In this document: positions 44,006 through 50,985 of the stretch, one piece after another
Layout of the letters: every line of letters starts with the position of its first letter
Position numbering within the stretch: position 1 is the first letter of the stretch
DNA from: Eledone cirrhosa
Taxonomy: Eukaryota
Direction of reading: 5' to 3'
NCBI GenBank assembly: GCA_964016885.1
Contig: CAXHJY010001219.1
Location: 1 to 50,985 of the forward strand
Length of the DNA: 50,985 nt
Position numbers and translations under genes: made by a program
The notes under the pieces: model-generated
What the model saw: only the letters and a program-made list of their open reading frames with translations
Databases searched by the model: none
Told to the model about the DNA's origin: nothing

Positions 44006-45515
44006 CAAACAAACAAATTAACAACACACCAAAACAATTAAAACCATCCACTCTCGCCTCTACATTTTTGCTTAACGCCCAAGGCATCAGCCCTTCCACC
44101 AATACTCAAAAATGGAAGATCAAATTCCTGGAGGACTGGATTGATGTCCATCCAAACCACATCCCTTTCTTCGTCCTCACTGAAACCCATCTCAGTAACC
44201 TCCACTTGGAAGCCGAGGTGAAAGTGAAAAATTTCAAAGCCATCCGTGCTGATCGCGCTGGCAGAAGAAAGGGCGGAACTGCCATTTATGTCCATAATTC
44301 TTTCTCAACAGAGGCTATGAACATATTCACTAATGGATACTGTGAGGCAGTCACTGTATTCAGTCAAACCAACAACCTATTAGTAGTTGGGCTCTATAGG
44401 CCACCCCAAACGCCTGTACCATGCTTCAAGGAATGCCTCAACAGCATAAAGTGTTTCATCCAAGAGTGTCACCCTGACAACATCTTAATGATGGGGGACT
44501 TCAACCTCCCCGGAGTTGACTGGTCCACAAACACCCTGCCACCAGGTTCTTCTGCCTCAACCTCTGACAGGGAAGCTGTGGAATCGCTTCTTGACTTCAT
44601 GGATGATTTCTTCCTATCCCAACTAGTGCTCGAACCAACGAGGTGCCACAAAAACGTCCTAGACTTAATTTTCAGCAATCACACTGACAATATCCACAAT
44701 ATTGCAGTGGAGAAAACTCTACTCTCTGATCATGACATGGTTCTCTGTGATCTGAGATTCCACCGTCCAATATACAAACCCAATGTCATCTCTCCTGTCC
44801 ATCCGTTTGACGCTATGGATTTCCACAATGCAAACTGGGAAGCGATCAGTCATGATCTTGCACATGTCGACTGGTCCTTCACGCAAACTCATACACCCAC
44901 TAACATCAAAAAGTCCTGGCAGACATTTGTGGACACTGTTACAAACATATGTGCTAAACACACCCCATTAAGAACTATAAACAAATCTAAGAGCAGAATC
45001 CCTAGAAATAGAAAAACGCTCATCAGAAAAATTAAGAGAACGAACAAAAAAATCAACAAGCTGAAATACTGTCAGCAGCAACACATCAACTTGACTGCCA
45101 TTTCATCACTAGAGATTAAAAAACATAACCTCCAAAACAACATAATGTCCCTCATCAACAATCAGAGAAGAGCTGAAGAGGCCTGGGCCATTGAGAAGAT
45201 CAAACTCAATCCCAAAGTGTTCTTTTCATTTGCAAAAAAACACAAAATCACTGGCTCTACTGTTATATATATATGTATATATATATGTATATGTATATGT
45301 ATATGTATATATGTATATGTATATATGTATATGTATATATGTATATGTATATATATATATGTATATGTATATATATATATGTATATGTATATATATATAT
45401 GTATATGTATATATATATATGTGTATATATATATATGTGTATATATATATATATGTGTATATATATATATATGTATATGTGTATATATATGTATATGTGT
45501 ATATATATATATATA

Positions 45516-45552
<37 letters not shown>

Positions 45553-47121
45553 GTATATATATATGTATATGTATATATATATATGATGTCTTGGCGGCAA
45601 TAAAGGAAATCAAGCATAATTCAGCAGTAGGTCCCGATAGGTTCCCTGCTTGTGTCTTGAAGGCGTGTCAACACCAACTTGCTTCTCCTCTTGCCAATCT
45701 GTGGCGGAACTCACTGGATGCTGGATATGTGCCAGAAAACCTTCTATCCCAGTCTGTTGTCCCAGTTTTCAAAAAGGGAAACAAATCCCTTGCCGTGAAT
45801 TACCGTCCAATCTCACTCACCTCTCATATCATTAAGGTATTTGAGCGAGTGGTGAGATCGCGAATGACCCACTTCCTTGAGAGTAACAATATGCTGAACT
45901 CCAACCAGCATGGATTCCGTAATGGAAGGGATTGCCTGACGCAACTACTGCATCACTTTGATGACATTTTGAGAGCCTTGGGAGAGGGTTCCAACACTGA
46001 TGTTATCTACCTTGATTTCAGCAAGGCCTTTGACAGGGTTGATCATAACATTCTACTGAGAAAGCTGTCCAATATTGGTGTCACTGGAAAGCTGCTGCAG
46101 TGGATCAAGAGCTTCCTGTCAAACAGAACCCAACATGTTGTAGTTGAGGGAGTCAAATCAGGCCCAGCCAAAGTCAGTAGTGGGGTCCCACAAGGCACTG
46201 TGTTGGGCCCACTTCTCTTCATCATCTATATTAATGACATCACTGACATCATCAAACACAGCAACATTAAAATTTTCGCTGATGATTCCAAGCTCCAAAA
46301 GGTCATCAATGGCGTGGATGACCGGATAAGCCTTCAGTCAGACCTACTGGCTGTTACCCAATGGGCAGAAAAGAACAACATGTTACTGAACGAAGACAAA
46401 TTCGAACTGATCCACTTTGGAAAAGAGGATGCTCTGAAACTCCCGTACTCCCTTCCCTCTGGGGAAACTCTCGTGGCATCTAACAACATCAGAGACTTGG
46501 GAGTAACCGTGGACAGCAACATAAGCTGGACCACGCATATAAGCAGCAAAGTTGACATGGCCCGCAGAATGTGTTCCTGGATCCTCAGAACCTTCCAGTC
46601 GAGAGATTCCCGCACCATTATCCTTCTCTTCTCTACTTTCGCCCGACCACACCTTGAATACTGTTGTCCACTGTGGTCTCCCCACACGAAACAAAGTATC
46701 ATGAAACTTGAAGCTCCTCAAAGGGCAATCACGAAAAAGATAGATGGCATGTCAGACCTTGACTACTGGGGTCGATTAGAAAACCTGAAACTTTACTCAC
46801 TCCAACGTCGCCGTGAGCGTTATATTATCTGCATGATGTGGAAAATGTTCCATCATCACTGCCCAAATGATGTTGGCATCGCCTTCAAGATACACTAAAT
46901 CGCAACTCATAACAACAATACGACACAATTATTTCACCTCAATCGGCCCTGCTCTCTTCAACATCACACCAGGACACGTCAAAACAGAAACTGACCACAC
47001 AAAATTCAAGAAGTCTTTGGACAAATTCCTCCAAGTAATCCCGGACAAACCACCCACACCCGGATATGTCTCCGCAAACAGTAATTCTCTTCTCGAATGG
47101 GCCATGGTGCCCAAATCCTGA
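43876..47121 (+). pseudogene. LINE ORF2 (APE + RT), disrupted by a microsatellite replacement (45265-45583) and a 41-bp deletion near 46895
   Basis: [52 protein letters not shown]. Lesions are defined by comparison with the 18514-20879 copy. The frame is open from 43876 with no AUG before the APE domain. Confidence 0.9.
45265..45583. repeat. TA/TG tract inside LINE ORF2
   Basis: Directly visible; absent from the sister copy. Confidence 0.95.
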
Positions 47122-47218
47122 ATTGAAAGACTTCGCCAGGTGGTGCTATTAAGTTAGACATGGCCTGGGCCAATACTGGCCAAAACATTTCAAAGTTATT
47201 CAAAGTTATTCAAAGTTA

Positions 47219-47800
<582 letters not shown>

Positions 47801-47842
47801 CAATATTAAATAAATGGAAAACTATATTTATAAAACCATATT

Positions 47843-47908
47843 TATTTCATTATATATATTTCGGGGATATCATATTAACAATATGCTATGCCTTCATCAG
47901 ACAAAATA
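47843..47908 (-). ncRNA. Type I hammerhead ribozyme, family D (inverted arm)
   Basis: Reverse complement of 48772-48837. Confidence 0.75.
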
Positions 47909-48771
47909 CAATATAAACAGTTTTATAGATAAATAGATTCGACATACCGTTATAACACCGACTTCATTTGAAGAGGTTTAAGCTGGCAGTGAAAAAATTT
48001 TACACAGAGAGAAAGAAAGAGAGAAAAAAGAAAGAAAGACAGAAAACGAAGAAAAGAAAAGGAAGAAAAAGAAGAGAAAGAGGAAATGCATGGAACAAAA
48101 TAGAGAGATGGAAAGATAGATAAAGCGAAGAACTTCATGTAAAGAAACAGAAAGAGATATATATATATAGAGAGAGAGGAAATGGAGATAGATACATATA
48201 TATATATATAGAAAAATTAGGTAGTGGGAGGTCATTTTGAGTAAATGTATCAATGATACATTTATTTATTTATTTATTTATTTAGCTCAAGTATTAATGT
48301 AAGGGAGATATATAGAGAGAGAAAAAATATAGAGAGAGGAAAAAAATAATAGCGAGAGAAAAAAAAAAAAAAAAAAAACATTAATACTTGAGCTAAATAA
48401 ATAAATAAATAAATAAATAAATGTATCATTGATACATTTACTCAAAATGACCTCCCACTACCTCATTTTTCTATATATATATATGTATCTATCTCTATTT
48501 CCTCTCTCTATATATATATATATCTCTTCCTGTTTCTTTACATGAAGTTCTTCGCTTTATCTATCTTTCCATCTCTCTATTTTGTTCCATGCATTTCCTC
48601 TTTCTCTTCTTTTTCTTCCTTTTCTTTTCTTCGTTTTCTGTCTTTCTTTCTTTTTTCTCTCTTTCTTTCTCTCTGTGTAAAATTTTTTCACTGCTAGCTT
48701 AAACCTCTTCAAATGAAGTCGGTGTTATAACGGTATGTCGAATCTATTTATCTATAAAACTGTTTATATTG

Positions 48772-48837
48772 TATTTTGTCTGATGAAGGCATAGCATATT
48801 GTTAATATGATATCCCCGAAATATATATAATGAAATA
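48772..48837 (+). ncRNA. Type I hammerhead ribozyme, family D (PLE-2 pLTR)
   Basis: TATTTTGT-CTGATGA-[imperfect stem II with CATATT/AATATG]-GAAA-TATATA-TA^ATGAAATA; 8-bp stem I with two GU pairs, palindromic stem III, AUA triplet. Confidence 0.78.
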
Positions 48838-49017
48838 AATATGGTTTTATAAATATAGTTTTCCATTTATTTAATATTGTAAATATACTCCAAATATTTG
48901 TCGAGTGCTTTTATATCAGTTATAAATATTTACTAGTTGTAACCCAACAATTTTAAATATAACTTTCCATGTATCTTGCTCCTATACTGTTGAGCGCTTT
49001 ATATTATAACTGGAAAA

Positions 49018-50985
49018 ATGGAATTCTTTAAGATTACTTCCTCTCTAAAAGACATACCTCTACCTAGAAACAAAGACTTTATAAAACAATTAATAGATAA
49101 ATCTGACTCTTTTATAAGGAGAATCAGGTGGCGTGCATTCCACTTTGATAAATCTAATGCAGACGAAAATGTCTCGGACTTAAACAAAGTTTTCAAATCT
49201 AAAAGAAATCCACCCCCTAACAAACTTTTATCTGACTTTGAAAACGATATAATTTCTATCATACAAGGGGTCAAATTCAAGAGAAACTTTAAAGGCTAGG
49301 AATATCTGAAAGGCATTAAGGATAACATTGAGAGCTTAGAGAAAACTGAGAAGATCTTGGTGAAATCTGACAAGACCAACAACCTCTATGGAGTGCGGAA
49401 AGACATGTATAATGGCCTCATACTGAAAGAGCTGAGGAAAAAGTACAAGGTAGCAGATAAGGCCGAACTTGAGAAAATGAATGTCGAAGCATCTTGTATA
49501 ATGCACGAGTTGGAAATTGAGAACAGAACACAACCTTTCGTGCCCAGGAAACCGAAGATCAATATGAAGGACCACAAGAGGAATTTTGAAAATGACCTGC
49601 CAGTTAGATTGATCGCACCTTCAAAATCGGACCTGGGCAAATTAAGCAAAAACATTCTTGACAGGGTGATACAGCAAATTAAGAACTTGGATTGTGTATC
49701 TAACCTGAGCTTGTGGAAGGGAACTGGAGAGGTTGTTGAGTGGTTTAGGCAAATTAAATATAACAATAATAATAGGTTTATTCAACTTGATATAGCTAAC
49801 TATTATTCTTCTATTACCCCTAGTCTACTAAATAAGGCACTAAATTACGCATTCAAACATACTGACCTAACTAGCAAAGAAATGCATATTATATTATCGG
49901 CTAGGAAAACTTTGATAGAATTTAATGACAAATTATGGACCAGAGCAGATAGAGATAGCAATTTTGACATAACTATGGGATCTTCCGACTCAGCTCAGGT
50001 AACTGACCTTGTGGGCTTATTTTTAATCAATTCGCTACATAGGAAAATACCTGGTACTACCGGAGGTTTATATAGGGATGACATGCTTTTACTTATTAAT
50101 AATAATAACCCTGAACTAAATAGAAAATGTAAACAAATTACAAAATTTTTTAATTACTTTAACCTTAAAATAGAAATTGAGAACAACCATAGAATAGTCA
50201 ATTTCCTAGATATAACATTAAATCTCAACACATGTCTCCACTATCCTTTTCACAAGTTGAATGAAAACTTAAACTATGTCAACTTTAACTCTAACCACCC
50301 CAGATCTGTCAAAAACACTATAGTAAACTCAGTTCAAAAACGTATCTCTAGGATCTCGTCGAATAGAAAGATTTTCGACGAAAAGGCCCAATACTATAAT
50401 GAAGCACTAGCTAGGGCAGGATATGCTGATAAGATTGTGTACATAGATAATGATAGACAAACTAAACAAAGTAACAACTTTTTTAATTACGGCAACAACA
50501 TTAACAACTATAATAGAAAGCATTACAATAATTCCAAAGGACAAAAAAGAAATAGAACTAGGAACATAATTTGGTTTGCCCCCCCTTTCTCACTAAACAT
50601 TAAAACCCACATCGCTAAATTATTTTTCAAAGCTCTTGATAATCGCTTCCCTAGAACACATAGGTATCACTCAATTTTCAATAGGCATACAATTAAATTA
50701 ACCTACTCATCCACCAAAAATTTAGCACAAAATATTAATAGAATAAATAATAGGAACTTAAAACCTACTGATAATAGCATAAATAATATACAAGTTAACA
50801 AATGTAACTGTAGAGATAGATCTAAATGTCCGTTAAATAACAACTGCTTAGTTAAAAATATAGTATACAATTGTAATGTTAATACTGACTCTAATTCTTT
50901 TAACTACGTCGGTTCCACATCGACGGAATTTAAACTTCGCTATAATAACCACAAGAATTCTTTCACAGATCCAAGTAAAAAATCT
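49018..50985 (+). CDS. PLE RT + GIY-YIG ORF; single in-frame TAG at 49297-49299, otherwise open to the window end
   Basis: Hand translation: KDIPLP..FIRRIRWRAFHF; SDKTNNLY; KDHK..RLIAPSKSDLG; FIQLDIANYYSSI; FDITMGS; GLYRDDML; VNFLDITL; SNHP; NIIWFAPPFS; CNCRDRSKCPLNNNCLVKNIVY..YVGSTS..FKLRYNNH. Confidence 0.92.

Larger units (their letters stand above)
42150..47218 (+). mobile_element. Full-length CR1-group LINE (5' UTR, ORF1, disrupted ORF2, (TTCAAAGTTA)3 tail)
   Basis: Two-ORF structure with APE+RT; 10-bp tail repeats abut (TA)n. Confidence 0.92.

Noticed and set aside
49297-49299. Selenocysteine recoding of the PLE-2 internal stop
   Set aside because: The codon is TAG rather than TGA and aligns to a non-conserved, non-Cys position.

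Overview
Eukaryotic (animal) repeat DNA with no recognisable host gene. The repeat types suggest a cephalopod or other mollusc, but that is inference. About half of the window is an irregular (TA)nTG microsatellite with G almost always on the + strand. Embedded in it are: three different Penelope-like elements (PLEs: RT plus C-terminal GIY-YIG; one frameshifted, one 5'-truncated whose endonuclease ORF is absent from the ORF track, and one near-intact running off the right edge); two copies of one CR1-group LINE; two RTE-clade LINEs, one preceded by a 4.7-kb array of ~360-bp monomers; and several non-coding inserts. By eye I find four sequence-distinct type I hammerhead ribozyme families. The best candidate for an undescribed system is a non-coding, highly structured 311-bp tandem repeat with one hammerhead per unit (a retrozyme-like array, 16590-18494). 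It shares an inverted-head architecture with the PLE inserts, suggesting a PLE-mobilised circular-RNA parasite that inserts in (TA)n. Also notable: a CR1 ORF1 with Myb/SANT-like, polyQ and CCCH domains; an AUG-less ORF2 overlapping ORF1 in the -1 frame with two canonical slippery heptamers; and a TA/TG tract that replaced 170 bp inside that LINE. All YIYI-type ORFs are microsatellite artefacts. All folds and alignments were done by eye, and some indels and duplications may be long-read or assembly errors.
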